From NCBI GenBank assembly GCA_963678065.2, contig CAXXVZ010000003.1:2335562-2399561 (forward strand): DNA of 64,000 nucleotides, written 5' to 3'. The number at the start of each line of letters is the position of its first letter. Position 1 is the first letter of the stretch. Positions 9,863 through 19,433 of the stretch are shown here, piece after piece. Under the pieces are notes generated by a model. The model ran no database searches and was not told where the DNA came from. It saw nothing but the letters and a program-made list of their open reading frames with translations. The stretch comes from Treponemataceae bacterium (GTDB taxonomy: Bacteria > Spirochaetota > Spirochaetia > Treponematales > Rectinemataceae). Both the position numbers and the translations under genes were made by a program.

Positions 9863-10041
9863 TTTGCACCTGCCTTGCGCTGTACTGACGCGGACACGTC
9901 TACGCGCGATATTTCCCCTTGGTGGAAAATCAAGGTAATACCAGCGCTTCCAAATTGAGGGGCGTTTCCTAAAAGCTCTTTCAGGTAAGGGGCGGCAACT
10001 TCAAAAAGCTCGGCCGCTCGGGTGCTGTTCGCGGCGGCCAT
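9859..10041 (-). CDS. small hypothetical protein (DUF2292-like fold by pattern)
   Basis: PQFGSAGITLIFHQGEISRV, similar to 45295-45519. Confidence 0.55.
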   Translation of the reverse strand: MAAANSTRAAELFEVAAPYLKELLGNAPQFGSAGITLIFHQGEISRVDVSASVQRKAGAK

Positions 10042-10042
10042 G

Positions 10043-10225
10043 CTAGCGCACCTCGCCCGCGAGAGCCTGAGCAAGTAGGGAGTCAATCGCACTTACAGGA
10101 ACAAGACGCCTTCCACCAAGGCGAAGCGAGGGGAGCTTACCAGATTCGCACCAGCGATAGGCAGTAATTTCGTGAATTCCAAGGATAGTCGCAACTTCCG
10201 CGACTGATAAGAATTTCTTTTCCAT
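10043..10225 (-). CDS. excisionase-like HTH protein
   Basis: LSVAEVATILGIHEITAYRWCESGKLPSLRLGGRRLVP fits the HTH_17 pattern. Confidence 0.85.
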   Translation of the reverse strand: MEKKFLSVAEVATILGIHEITAYRWCESGKLPSLRLGGRRLVPVSAIDSLLAQALAGEVR

Positions 10226-10264
10226 AGCGTTTACCCGTGCAAGTAGGCTTAGCGCGCCCATAAG

Positions 10265-10352
10265 AGCGGCTTTCCCCCGGATTAGGCCGGGCCACTTGCA
10301 AGCGGATTAGGGCCGCTAGCGCCACCTACCCCGGATTAAGGCCGGGCCACTT
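10265..10352 (-). repeat. three tandem units of the same leader motif, upstream of xis
   Basis: Minus strand reads AAGTGGCCCGGCCTTAATCCGG / GTGGCGCTAGCGGCCCTAATCCGC / AAGTGGCCCGGCCTAATCCGG. Confidence 0.8.
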
Positions 10353-10562
10353 CTTAACGATATTATAGTTTTGCTATCATTCTAATTATATTTGCTACCT
10401 TTTTAGAATATACTCTCTTTAGTTAATATTAGCAAGTGTATATCCCTAAAAATGGAGCTGAGGTAACACGCAAGGTATTCACTCCCGGCCCCTCCGTCCT
10501 AACTCACGCCCCGCCGTGGTTTATCACGTGGATACCCTCCGCCTTATACGCGGGAGGTATAG

Positions 10563-11741
10563 TCATTTCCCGCCCCCGGCCGCCTTCGCAATACTTCCAG
10601 ACAGCGCGCCATCGAATGCTATACCGGCCGCGCCGATGTCTATAATCTCAGAATGCGCCGAATAGCGTTGCATCATCGCGCCGGTTCTATGGCCCGCCAA
10701 GCGTTGAATGGTAAAATCGTTTAGCCCAGCGACACGCCCGGCAGTCACGAAAAAGTGACGTAGCCCGTGCATGAGGAGATTCCTTTCTTTGCGTTCGCTT
10801 TCATCGATACCGATTTTTTCAAGGATACGCTTGAATCCGCGTTCGATTGTCTTTTTCTCTATTGGTCGCTCGGGATTCTTTTCACCGAATAGGACATAGC
10901 CGGCACCGGCGGGCGCACAAGCCCGGCAGAGCTTAACGGCTTCAAGAACGGGCGCGGAAAGCGGAACGTCTCGCTTGGAACCGCATTTCGGACTCTTGCA
11001 TCCTTCGCCATCGATCCAGTTATGAACGATATGAACAAGCCCGGCCGCTTCGTCAACGTCGGCCCATTGGAGCCCGCGCGCTTCGCCCAACCTGAGCCCG
11101 CATAGCCCGCCCAATAATACGGCCGCCTTGGCTCGGGGCGACTCGCCTTCAAGATTGACGATTCGGCCCATTTCATCGAGCGAGAGTACCCCGCGTTCGC
11201 GCGGATGCTCGGCGACTTTCTCAAGGTACTGGAATGGGTCTAGCGCCCGGTGTTTCCTTGCCCAGGATGAGGCGGGAACCTTTATAGCTTGTAGCATATA
11301 GTTAATCGTTCGAGGATTGACGCCGGATTCCGCAAGGTCGAGGACGATCTTTTCCATGCGCGTTATGCTCAGTTTATGAAAGCGAATATCCTTGAGGGGT
11401 TGGCTAAGGTATTTTCTGATTACGGACGCATTATTCGCGATATAGGCCCTTGAGAGCGGCCGCCCTTGAAGTTTTCGCATTCGCGCATAGTCGCTATCTT
11501 CGCGCCAGAATCCAAGGAAGAAATCCAGGGCTAGAGGATCGGCGGACGCGCCGCCCTCTCCTTTGTCCAAGAGGGCCTTCGCCTCCCCTGCGGCGGCGGT
11601 TCGATTCGTTGCCTTGAGTGTCTTCGTCCGAACGACTTCGCCATCGTCGGAAAAGTACCGGGCGCAGTAGCGAATGACCGGCTTCCCGGTAACACGATCC
11701 CTTGAATTGCGCTTAAAAACAGAAAACGGAGCGCGCGCCAT
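10563..11741 (-). CDS. tyrosine integrase of the tRNA-Val element
   Basis: GLRLGE, PKCG, HGLRH, LAGH and RY catalytic motifs; next to the att site. Confidence 0.92.
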   Translation of the reverse strand: MARAPFSVFKRNSRDRVTGKPVIRYCARYFSDDGEVVRTKTLKATNRTAAAGEAKALLDKGEGGASADPLALDFFLGFWREDSDYARMRKLQGRPLSRAYIANNASVIRKYLSQPLKDIRFHKLSITRMEKIVLDLAESGVNPRTINYMLQAIKVPASSWARKHRALDPFQYLEKVAEHPRERGVLSLDEMGRIVNLEGESPRAKAAVLLGGLCGLRLGEARGLQWADVDEAAGLVHIVHNWIDGEGCKSPKCGSKRDVPLSAPVLEAVKLCRACAPAGAGYVLFGEKNPERPIEKKTIERGFKRILEKIGIDESERKERNLLMHGLRHFFVTAGRVAGLNDFTIQRLAGHRTGAMMQRYSAHSEIIDIGAAGIAFDGALSGSIAKAAGGGK

Positions 11742-11850
11742 AGAGTCCCCTTTTACCGCGTGTATCAAACACGGTAACTTGAGCTTTGGCGGTCTCCGTT
11801 TTCGGTTGACCGAATGTCCTAATTCCTTTCGCTTCTAACACTTAAAACTA

Positions 11851-11924
11851 TGGGCGGTGCAAGAGTCGAACTTGCGACCCCCAGCGTGTCATACTGGTGC
11901 TCTAACCAACTGAGCTAACCGCCC
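11851..11924 (-). tRNA. tRNA-Val(GAC)
   Basis: GGGCGGTTAGCTCAGTTGGTTAGAGCACCAGTATGACACGCTGGGGGTCGCAAGTTCGACTCTTGCACCGCCCA. Confidence 0.95.
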
Positions 11925-12055
11925 ATTCACATCACCGCCAGATTTCCTGACGCGGACACAAAGACTGTATATCAAACTCCGCCTTACCCTGTCAATACTC
12001 CCCCGGAATTCCCACCTTGTTCATGCACATCGATAAAATGAACGAACCCCGGAGC

Positions 12056-13322
12056 AGAGTTACTATGTAGAAAGAGTGTCGGTCCTTTGGGCCGGATATA
12101 ATCCGTAGTGGGAAAACAACCACAAAGGAGGCGACACTCATGACGATTGTATGCGGTATCGACGCGCACGACGGTGATCGTCGGTTACGAGGCCTGCGGG
12201 CTTGGGTACACGATCTACGACGAAGCGATGGATGAAGGATTTACCTGCTACGTCCTGGCTACGGTCAAAATGGCTAAATCGCCTGAGGACGGAAAGCGAA
12301 AGACGGACGAGTATGACGCGCAGAAAATTAGCGAGGTTCTGCGGGCTCATGAGTTGGCAGGGATGACAGTGCCGACAGTATGGGTACCGAGCAAGGCTCT
12401 GCGAGACGATAGAGAATTGATCAGGAGGCGGTTTGATGTGAAGAGCGACTCGACGCGGATCAAGAACCAGATACATGGCCTCTTAAAACGACAGGTCATC
12501 AAGTGTCCTGAAGGGCTCGGGAATCCTTGGACGAAGAGCTTCATGGCCTGGCTCAAGGCGCTCGAGTTGCCATCGGGAGCACTCGTCCACCTACGAAGCT
12601 TGATCCATCAATATGAATCGCTGAATGAGAACATCAAGGCTTTGGATAAGGCAGCCGAGGCCTTGTCGAAAACAGAACGGTATAGACGGCAGGTCGATGC
12701 GGTGACGGAAATACAGGGCGTCGGAACGCTTACCGCTATGGTGTATCTCACCGAACTTGGCGATCTAACTCGGTTTCCGAATCGAAGGACGGTCAAGGCA
12801 TATGTGGGACTCGCGCCAACGAGCCACGAGAGCGGAGAGATCAAGGATCGTAAGGGTCATATCATGCGCTCAGGTTCAAGCCGATTGCGCGCGATCTTAA
12901 ACCAGGCGGTTTGGGCACGACTTGCGCATGATGCTGAAGAACTCAAATGGTTCGAAGGCTATGTCGCCACTCATTCGGGGGGAAAGCGTAAGGCTGCCGT
13001 GGTCTGCATGTCGAGACTCTTACACCTGATCTGGCATCGAGCCCTCGAGGCTCAGCGCGAATACGAACGGGAGGTCGCCTAGCGGCTACGAACAGCATAC
13101 AAGCCAAAAGGAGTAAAGCGAGGGTTTATTAGGGAATGGTCATCATGGCAGGATACGATCGTCCGGAGCATGGCGTGCAACACCGCCGAAGCAGAGTTTG
13201 ATCTATCCTAACAGACCAGTACACTGAGCTTTAGGCATGGCCCAAACGCTCGAATAGCAGATTGTTCCTGATGACCGTTCCTTTTTTTCCTAAATAGGGC
13301 TTGACGAACTTCTACATAGCAG
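12056..13322 (+). mobile_element. IS110 family, IS1111-type element
   Basis: Sub-terminal IRs CTATGTAGAA (12063-12072) and TTCTACATAG (13310-13319); about 240-bp 3' non-coding end; flanks rejoin into a hairpin. Exact ends uncertain by a few bp. Confidence 0.8.
12140..13082 (+). pseudogene. IS110 transposase with an internal N-terminal deletion/frameshift
   Basis: RBS + MTIVCGIDAHD in one frame jumps to VIVGYEACGLG in another; KTDEYDA, GVG and YVGLAP..ESG motifs follow. Confidence 0.85.
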
Positions 13323-13548
13323 CTTCGGGGTATGGACCCGCATGCGAATCGATAAGTAAAACACTTCAGATTAATTTGCTACCATATAAAGAATTTTGAA
13401 ACATTTATCGGACTAGAGAATTTGATGAATTTTCTCAAAATTTCTCGAATTCTCCACAAATTCTCTAATACATCTATTGACGGCCTTCTTCTAATGCATT
13501 TAGATTAATACTACAGAACAGTGGTGGATATACCACAAAGGAGCGTTT

Positions 13549-14082
13549 ATGAGAAAAGTAGGTTTGTTGGTTCTCTTGGTTGCGGCCATCGCTGTCATCC
13601 CGGTTGCGGCGACTCCAGTCAAAACAGCATCTGCGACGATCAAGCTCTATGGCAGTGTTTATTACAGTGCTATAGTTTACTCTGATTGGGCCGAGACAAC
13701 TCTCATCGATCTTACCAAAGCAGAGGATGAGTTGAAGGTTACTGGCATTGGTGTGACCACAAATTTCCCGGGAACGTGGTATCTTTGGATGAAATCTACG
13801 AGCGCCCAGGAAGGATCTTTGGTTAAATCTGGTTCGGCACCATCTCTGACTACCGCAATTCCTTATACAGTAAGCATCGGTGATGTGACTTACAAGTCTT
13901 TGGCGCCGTGGGGTGGTGGTTATGATTCTTCATTTGGATACAAGGTCTTGACCCACACTGGATCAGTCACTGATACGGTTTACAACATGTTCGTCACACA
14001 TACTTCTGGTTCTGCTGGCAATATTCTGGAAGAAGGAACCTACAGAGACAACGTAGTTGTTACTCTTGCGCTCGGCTCCTGA
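13549..14082 (+). CDS. major pilin, chaperone-usher (Csu/spore-coat-U-like)
   Basis: Signal peptide; C-terminal GTYRDNVVVTL beta-strand motif; first gene of the cluster. Confidence 0.7.
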   Translation: MRKVGLLVLLVAAIAVIPVAATPVKTASATIKLYGSVYYSAIVYSDWAETTLIDLTKAEDELKVTGIGVTTNFPGTWYLWMKSTSAQEGSLVKSGSAPSLTTAIPYTVSIGDVTYKSLAPWGGGYDSSFGYKVLTHTGSVTDTVYNMFVTHTSGSAGNILEEGTYRDNVVVTLALGS

Positions 14083-14097
14083 GTAACCGTAATTTGT

Positions 14098-14132
14098 AAA
14101 AGGCAACCGTGTAATGCGGTTGCCTTTTTTTT
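14098..14132 (+). terminator. terminator between pilin and chaperone
   Basis: AAAAGGCAACCG...CGGTTGCCTTTTTTTT. Confidence 0.85.
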
Positions 14133-14206
14133 ATCAGTCGCCGGTTCTATTGACTCGCGGGCGGGGATATGTAGAATTTAATAAATGCCTAACCAGGGGG
14201 ATACCA

Positions 14207-14941
14207 ATGCGCATATCAACAAAATGTCTGTTTTCACTTTTTTTTATGATAAGTACATCGATGCTTGCGTCCGCATTCTCAATTACCCCGATGAGTATAA
14301 CGGTGACGCCGACAGCTCCCGGAAATTTGGCAAATTTCAAAATCGAGAATGAATCGACCGCCCCTATCGCTGTCGTTATCAGGGTGGCAACAAGAACAGT
14401 CGATGTGGACGGAAATGAAAAAAATGATCCTGTGACCAAAGAATTTGTTGTATTCCCCGCAAGAGTGGTCGTCCAACCAAATTCTTCGCAGGCGGTCAAA
14501 GTACAATGGAAAGGTCCGGCGACTATTCCCTCCGAGCTCGCATACAGGCTGGTCGCGGAGCAAGTTCCTGTGGACTTTACCAAAGACCAGACATCTGGGG
14601 TCAAGGTCTTGTTCCGGTATCTCGCCACGATGTACGTAGCGCCGAGCGGTATTGTCGCGCGCACCAAGCTTGAGAGCGTGACGGGATCTATGCGGAACGG
14701 GAATCCTGGATTGCTGGTGAGGATCAAAAATGATGGAACCCGGCATGGACTTCTTTTCTCGCCCATTCTCAGGATCAAGGCGCCGGGGCAGAACCAGCAG
14801 CTTGAATTCGCGGGCAAATTACTGGAATCAATCGAGGGAATGAACATACTCGCGCTTTCGACGCGGATTTTTTTCGTGCCTTGGGCCCAGGCCGTCGACG
14901 GAACTCAATATGAGGGCACATTCAGTGCCTCGATTGAATAA
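14207..14941 (+). CDS. fimbrial periplasmic chaperone
   Basis: FSITPM, VVFPARVVVQPNSSQAVKV, ELAYRLVAEQVP, NDGTRH. Confidence 0.85.
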   Translation: MRISTKCLFSLFFMISTSMLASAFSITPMSITVTPTAPGNLANFKIENESTAPIAVVIRVATRTVDVDGNEKNDPVTKEFVVFPARVVVQPNSSQAVKVQWKGPATIPSELAYRLVAEQVPVDFTKDQTSGVKVLFRYLATMYVAPSGIVARTKLESVTGSMRNGNPGLLVRIKNDGTRHGLLFSPILRIKAPGQNQQLEFAGKLLESIEGMNILALSTRIFFVPWAQAVDGTQYEGTFSASIE

Positions 14942-14948
14942 GAGGTTT

Positions 14949-17396
14949 ATGCCGGCAAGGCTGAATTCTTTCAAAACATTTGTACTTATTCTGGCCTTCT
15001 TTGTAGTTTCAGTCTTCTCCGGTTTTTCCGATGAACTCCTCCAGAAAAAACTGACGGGCGAGATTGATCCTGCCCCCGAAGAACTGGGGCTTGTGACCCT
15101 CGTGGTCGACGGGGCGACTGTCGGAGATATCGAGGTTATATTTACAGAGAACAAGTACTTCCTTTCGCTGCAAAAACTCGATTCCATCCTTGTGGATTAC
15201 ATGGCTCCCGGATTCCACAGCGAGGTTTTCCGGACAAAACTCAAGGCATATCGGTGGGTCGGAAGCGCAGAATTGAGCGCGGCGGGACTCTCGGTAATGG
15301 AAGATTCCAATTCCTTAAGTTTTTTTCTGGTTGTTCCGCCTTCCAAACGCCCCGTAAACGATATCAGGATTTCTCAGACCACATACAACAGCATCAAACC
15401 GATCCTCCTGCCTTCACCATTCTCCGCGATTCTGAACACCGAACTGCAGGCCGGCCTGGACTTCTCTGTTTCGGGATCTTATGTCCCGATATCCTGGCTC
15501 TTTGACCTTTCCCTGAACATTTCAGACTGGGTACTCGAAGCAAATGGCCGTGTATCGTTTTATCGGGATCTGACGGCCGCATTGCAAATGCTTCGCTTTG
15601 TACGCGACATCGGTCCTCTGGGGGCGCGGCTCTATGGAGGAATGGTTACTTCCACTTCGTTGGGATATCAGCAATCGTCCAGTCTCTACGGTCTCACACT
15701 CGACAGCTACAATTTCGTGCCAGGAAGGCGGCCCGCCAACGCGCCTGTTTCCCAGTTTGTGCTTGAAAAAAAATCCATCGTCAGGATTATCCTCAATGGA
15801 ACTATCCTCCTCACTCTCGACCTCGACCCGGGAACCTACGATGTCGGACAATTCGACTTTGCTCCCGGCATCAATGACTTCGTAATAGAGATAGAAACGC
15901 CTGGGGAAAAAAAACAACGCATCCATGCGGTCGTCTCGAGGGAGGACGTGCTTCTCGGAAAAGATATGGTCGAGTTCTCAGCATCTGCGGGGGTCGGAAG
16001 AACCAATCTCGGGGAAATATTCGGCTCGACCTTTTACCGCAGAGGCTTGGCGGATGTCTTAACCGCCGGAGGGGCCATCCAATTCGGAAAATACTCAGGG
16101 TTGGCAGGAATTACCGCCGTCTATGCGAGCCCCATCGGAGCTATCACCCTCAACGCGGCGAACATGCTCGCCTGGGATGGTCGTCTGGCCCAGGCCGCAA
16201 ACTTGAAGTACAAACTCACATTTCCCGGTCGTTCGAGCGCGCCATCATTTGGCCTCGATTTCGAGATCCGGACCAAGGATTTCGAGGCTCCACGAATCGG
16301 GACCCTTCCAACCTACCCCGAGGGCACTTTCTCAGTCACGGCCCAGGCTTCCGGCCGTCTTTCCTCGGATTCTTTTATCGGAATATCAGGAACTTACTCC
16401 CGCCAGTACACTGGTACAGTACAGGACACAGTATCGTCCAGCCTCTCCTTCAGCACGAATCTTCGTCCAGGGTACTCTCTCCTCTTGTCTGGAGGTACCA
16501 GTCAAACTTTAGGTGAAGCGCTTACGGCGACAGCCAGCATCCGCCTCAGTATCAATCCCCAGGGCGGAAACCAGCTTTTCAACTTTACCCAATCGTTGAA
16601 CGGAGAAAATTCAGTCAGTATCGCCAATACTGGCGCAGAGAACGGAATCGTGGCATCCTTCCAAGGAGACAATCTCCTGGGAACTAGCGCCAATCCAGCT
16701 AATGTCACAATAAGCGCACGGAAGACTACCGCGCTGGCAGATTTTGCAGGAAACCTGGATCTCCAGTACGGAAATGCCGAAGTTCTGGGGCTCTCGACTC
16801 AGGCAACTCTGTCCGCATCGACCGGTTTCGTATTCGTCAACGGAACCTTCGGCATGGCGAGGAGAATCTCTGATTCCTTCATGATTTTCGCCCCGCCGCA
16901 GACCCTCAGCCGCGAGAGGATCGATGTCAGGAACGATTCCGGACAGACCGGCTCCAGCATTGGCGGCTCCGTCGTCGTACTGCCTCTGACCTCCTATCGT
17001 TCGGGATTGGTCAGCCTCAACCTGCCCGAGTCAGACCCCAATATTGTCCTGAAAACAACGACGGCGACCGTGTCGCCGCGATACAAGTCCGGCATTTTCT
17101 TTACCACGGACATCGTCCGGAGCCATGCCATTTCGGCCACCCTCGTCGACAAGGCAGGAGCCCCTCTCGGCTACATCATGGCGGAGGTTTTCAACGAGAT
17201 GGGCGAATCTGTCTCGTCGACTTTCACCGACGAGAACGGCTATTTTGAGTTGTATGACCTGTTGGGCGGCATCTACACCATACGCTGGCCTCTGGACCTG
17301 GGGGTCACCTATTTCGAAATTCCGGAGGACTCTCCCAAGGATCTGACCTTGGGTACGATATCGCCTTCAGTTCCCGGGCAAGAAGGACCGCAATGA
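14949..17396 (+). CDS. fimbrial outer-membrane usher
   Basis: About 815 aa; LDPGTYDV..PGINDFVIEI plug region, YRRGL..LTAGG, and C-terminal SPRYKSG / FTDENGYF. Confidence 0.8.
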   Translation: MPARLNSFKTFVLILAFFVVSVFSGFSDELLQKKLTGEIDPAPEELGLVTLVVDGATVGDIEVIFTENKYFLSLQKLDSILVDYMAPGFHSEVFRTKLKAYRWVGSAELSAAGLSVMEDSNSLSFFLVVPPSKRPVNDIRISQTTYNSIKPILLPSPFSAILNTELQAGLDFSVSGSYVPISWLFDLSLNISDWVLEANGRVSFYRDLTAALQMLRFVRDIGPLGARLYGGMVTSTSLGYQQSSSLYGLTLDSYNFVPGRRPANAPVSQFVLEKKSIVRIILNGTILLTLDLDPGTYDVGQFDFAPGINDFVIEIETPGEKKQRIHAVVSREDVLLGKDMVEFSASAGVGRTNLGEIFGSTFYRRGLADVLTAGGAIQFGKYSGLAGITAVYASPIGAITLNAANMLAWDGRLAQAANLKYKLTFPGRSSAPSFGLDFEIRTKDFEAPRIGTLPTYPEGTFSVTAQASGRLSSDSFIGISGTYSRQYTGTVQDTVSSSLSFSTNLRPGYSLLLSGGTSQTLGEALTATASIRLSINPQGGNQLFNFTQSLNGENSVSIANTGAENGIVASFQGDNLLGTSANPANVTISARKTTALADFAGNLDLQYGNAEVLGLSTQATLSASTGFVFVNGTFGMARRISDSFMIFAPPQTLSRERIDVRNDSGQTGSSIGGSVVVLPLTSYRSGLVSLNLPESDPNIVLKTTTATVSPRYKSGIFFTTDIVRSHAISATLVDKAGAPLGYIMAEVFNEMGESVSSTFTDENGYFELYDLLGGIYTIRWPLDLGVTYFEIPEDSPKDLTLGTISPSVPGQEGPQ

Positions 17397-18325
17397 AAAA
17401 GAAGTTGCTTGTTATGCTTCTCATCTTCCTCGCTATCCTCACGGCGCAGGCTCAGACAATATCGTACACATCCCTGACATCGTATATTTCCGGTGATTAT
17501 GATTTTTATTCCGAAGCGCCGCTTCCGGTTGAGGCGAAGATCAGCATAACCGGCATGAAAAGTTCGACCTATCCATACTATCTCACGGTGGAGCCGGCAA
17601 TCGGCGCCCGATATCTTTCCAGGTTCGGGAGCGGCTACTATTTGCCGTATACGGTGTACACGACGCCCTCCGCTCCGCGCAACGAGCTCTACGACTATGC
17701 GGGTGCCTCGAGCACTTCGCAGGTGATCACGGGAGAGTTCTCGAAAGCGGCTTACGGGGGGTCTTCATCAGCCTCGGACTACAATGACATGTATTTCGTC
17801 GCGACGCCCGGAACGCTAGTCCCCGCGGGAATTTACTCGGGCACATTCTCGGTTCGGCTCTACAGGAAGGCGTTCAAGAATGCCACCACGCCGCTGACAA
17901 AATCCGTTCAGGTGTACATGAATGTTCCCATTTACACTGAACTCAGTGTGGTGCCCACGGGCGGGATATTCGACTCCGCGGCAAAATCGGCATCAATGAA
18001 CTTCGGAGAGATGGTCGAAGGCGCCTCGCTCAGCCTCGACGTGCTGGCAAAATCGAACGCCAGCTACTCCATAGCGATCACCTCGACCAAGGGAGGAAAG
18101 CTCACGCAGAATCCGGACACGGGCCAGTACGTTCCGTACACGCTAAAATTCGCGGGAGCCGCTCTCGCTTTGAAACAGGGAGTGGCCGTGCCCGCCGTGA
18201 GCTATGCCGCCTGGACATCCGGCAACGTCGCGCGGTACACGCTGGAAGTCATCATAGGGACTCACGATATTCTGGATCAGGGCTACTATTCGGACAACCT
18301 CATGTTCACCATCAGCGGGAACTGA
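17393..18325 (+). CDS. two-domain tip pilin/adhesin
   Basis: Signal peptide; two pilin-like domains ending AGIYSGTFSV and GYYSDNLMFTI. Confidence 0.7.
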   Translation: MKKKLLVMLLIFLAILTAQAQTISYTSLTSYISGDYDFYSEAPLPVEAKISITGMKSSTYPYYLTVEPAIGARYLSRFGSGYYLPYTVYTTPSAPRNELYDYAGASSTSQVITGEFSKAAYGGSSSASDYNDMYFVATPGTLVPAGIYSGTFSVRLYRKAFKNATTPLTKSVQVYMNVPIYTELSVVPTGGIFDSAAKSASMNFGEMVEGASLSLDVLAKSNASYSIAITSTKGGKLTQNPDTGQYVPYTLKFAGAALALKQGVAVPAVSYAAWTSGNVARYTLEVIIGTHDILDQGYYSDNLMFTISGN

Positions 18326-18763
18326 AACGGCATGTGCGCGAAGCTTCGTGAGAGCTTCAGCTCGCATCTCTCGGGCAGATCAGCGCGCAAAGAGGGGCTT
18401 GAGATCACCGAATGACGTGCGGTCGGGGCACTCCCGGTACATTCTGATTCCATTTTACTGGGGCGCTGTCGATGATCACGCTGGGGTTACTGGTTCTTGC
18501 GAAGCGGTTCGAGAAGCAGAGAGGCGAACCTGTCGCAGGTCGCGTAGCAGATGATGCCGTTTTCCGGCCAGGAACAGTGTGGCCGCAGCCTTGTATGGGT
18601 CGTCCAGGCAGGCTATCGCCAAGATATCCAACCCTTCCCTCTTCAGTTCGGCAGTCCTACTGCCTTCCATGTAAGGAACGAGATCTTTGCTCGTCGCTTG
18701 TCGGGAGGCACCCTCTGGTCATAGGTCCCCGACAGACGGGAAAGACAACATTCGCGAAATCGA

Positions 18764-19138
18764 TCATGGCTTCACGAAATTGCATTTCGCGCATGTCGGG
18801 TTTGAAGGTTCGTTTTTGTTGTCGCATACTGGGCAAATCCACTGGCCAGCCGCGTTTACCCATATCTTGCGTGTAATATTGGGCTGTTCCTGAAGTATTT
18901 GTTTCTTGACAGACTCTTTGTAAACTATTGGCTTCACTGCTGGTTGTTCCAGTTCTTCTTCCATTGGTTCAGGCTTCGAAGGCACCATATGTTCGCGGAT
19001 CACGGTGAGTGTTTTACTGAGTTGGGTGATTCCTCTCTGGCAACGATAGAGCCAGACGAATGAACAGATACCGAGAATGATTCCAATGCCAGCCGTCACT
19101 ATAGCAACTACAAACTGTATCGAAGCGATGTTTTCCAT
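18764..19138 (-). CDS. membrane protein with C-terminal RanBP2-type zinc finger
   Basis: N-terminal TM helix; WICPVCDNKNEPSNPTCAKC. Confidence 0.7.
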   Translation of the reverse strand: MENIASIQFVVAIVTAGIGIILGICSFVWLYRCQRGITQLSKTLTVIREHMVPSKPEPMEEELEQPAVKPIVYKESVKKQILQEQPNITRKIWVNAAGQWICPVCDNKNEPSNPTCAKCNFVKP

Positions 19139-19208
19139 GAGTCGATCCTTATGTGCACAGAATAATACTCATTCGAGTTTTGTATGCATGCACTTCAGTC
19201 GGTCTTTG

Positions 19209-19433
19209 TCATTTCGTCAGCACTGGTGGATTGCAATTCTTGCATGGTCCATACCCTCGGCTGACCGCCTCCGAGAGTGTGATCTCAATCTTCGATTTTC
19301 TGAGCGAGGAGCAACCATCACGATGGTACTTTTCTCCGGTCTTCGTTATATAGACGATAGTGCTCCCACAGACTGCAAAGACAAAGCCCGCGACAATAAG
19401 CAGCATCAGGATGATGGAGATGCGCTTTTTCAT
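19209..19433 (-). CDS. small secreted protein with an Ada-like metal-binding motif
   Basis: Signal peptide; VYITKTGEKYHRDGC...GYGPCKNCNPP. Confidence 0.75.
   Translation of the reverse strand: MKKRISIILMLLIVAGFVFAVCGSTIVYITKTGEKYHRDGCSSLRKSKIEITLSEAVSRGYGPCKNCNPPVLTK

Larger units (their letters stand above)
5029..11894. mobile_element. 6.8-kb integrated phage-satellite-like element at tRNA-Val
   Basis: Bounded by a 50-bp direct repeat (5029-5078 = 11845-11894) covering the tRNA 3' half; carries integrase, xis, DUF3631 and capsid genes. Confidence 0.9.

Noticed and set aside
18700..18770. P-loop-like VIGPRQTGKTT in ORF 18472-18876
   Set aside because: At most a tiny ATPase relic; no supportable gene.
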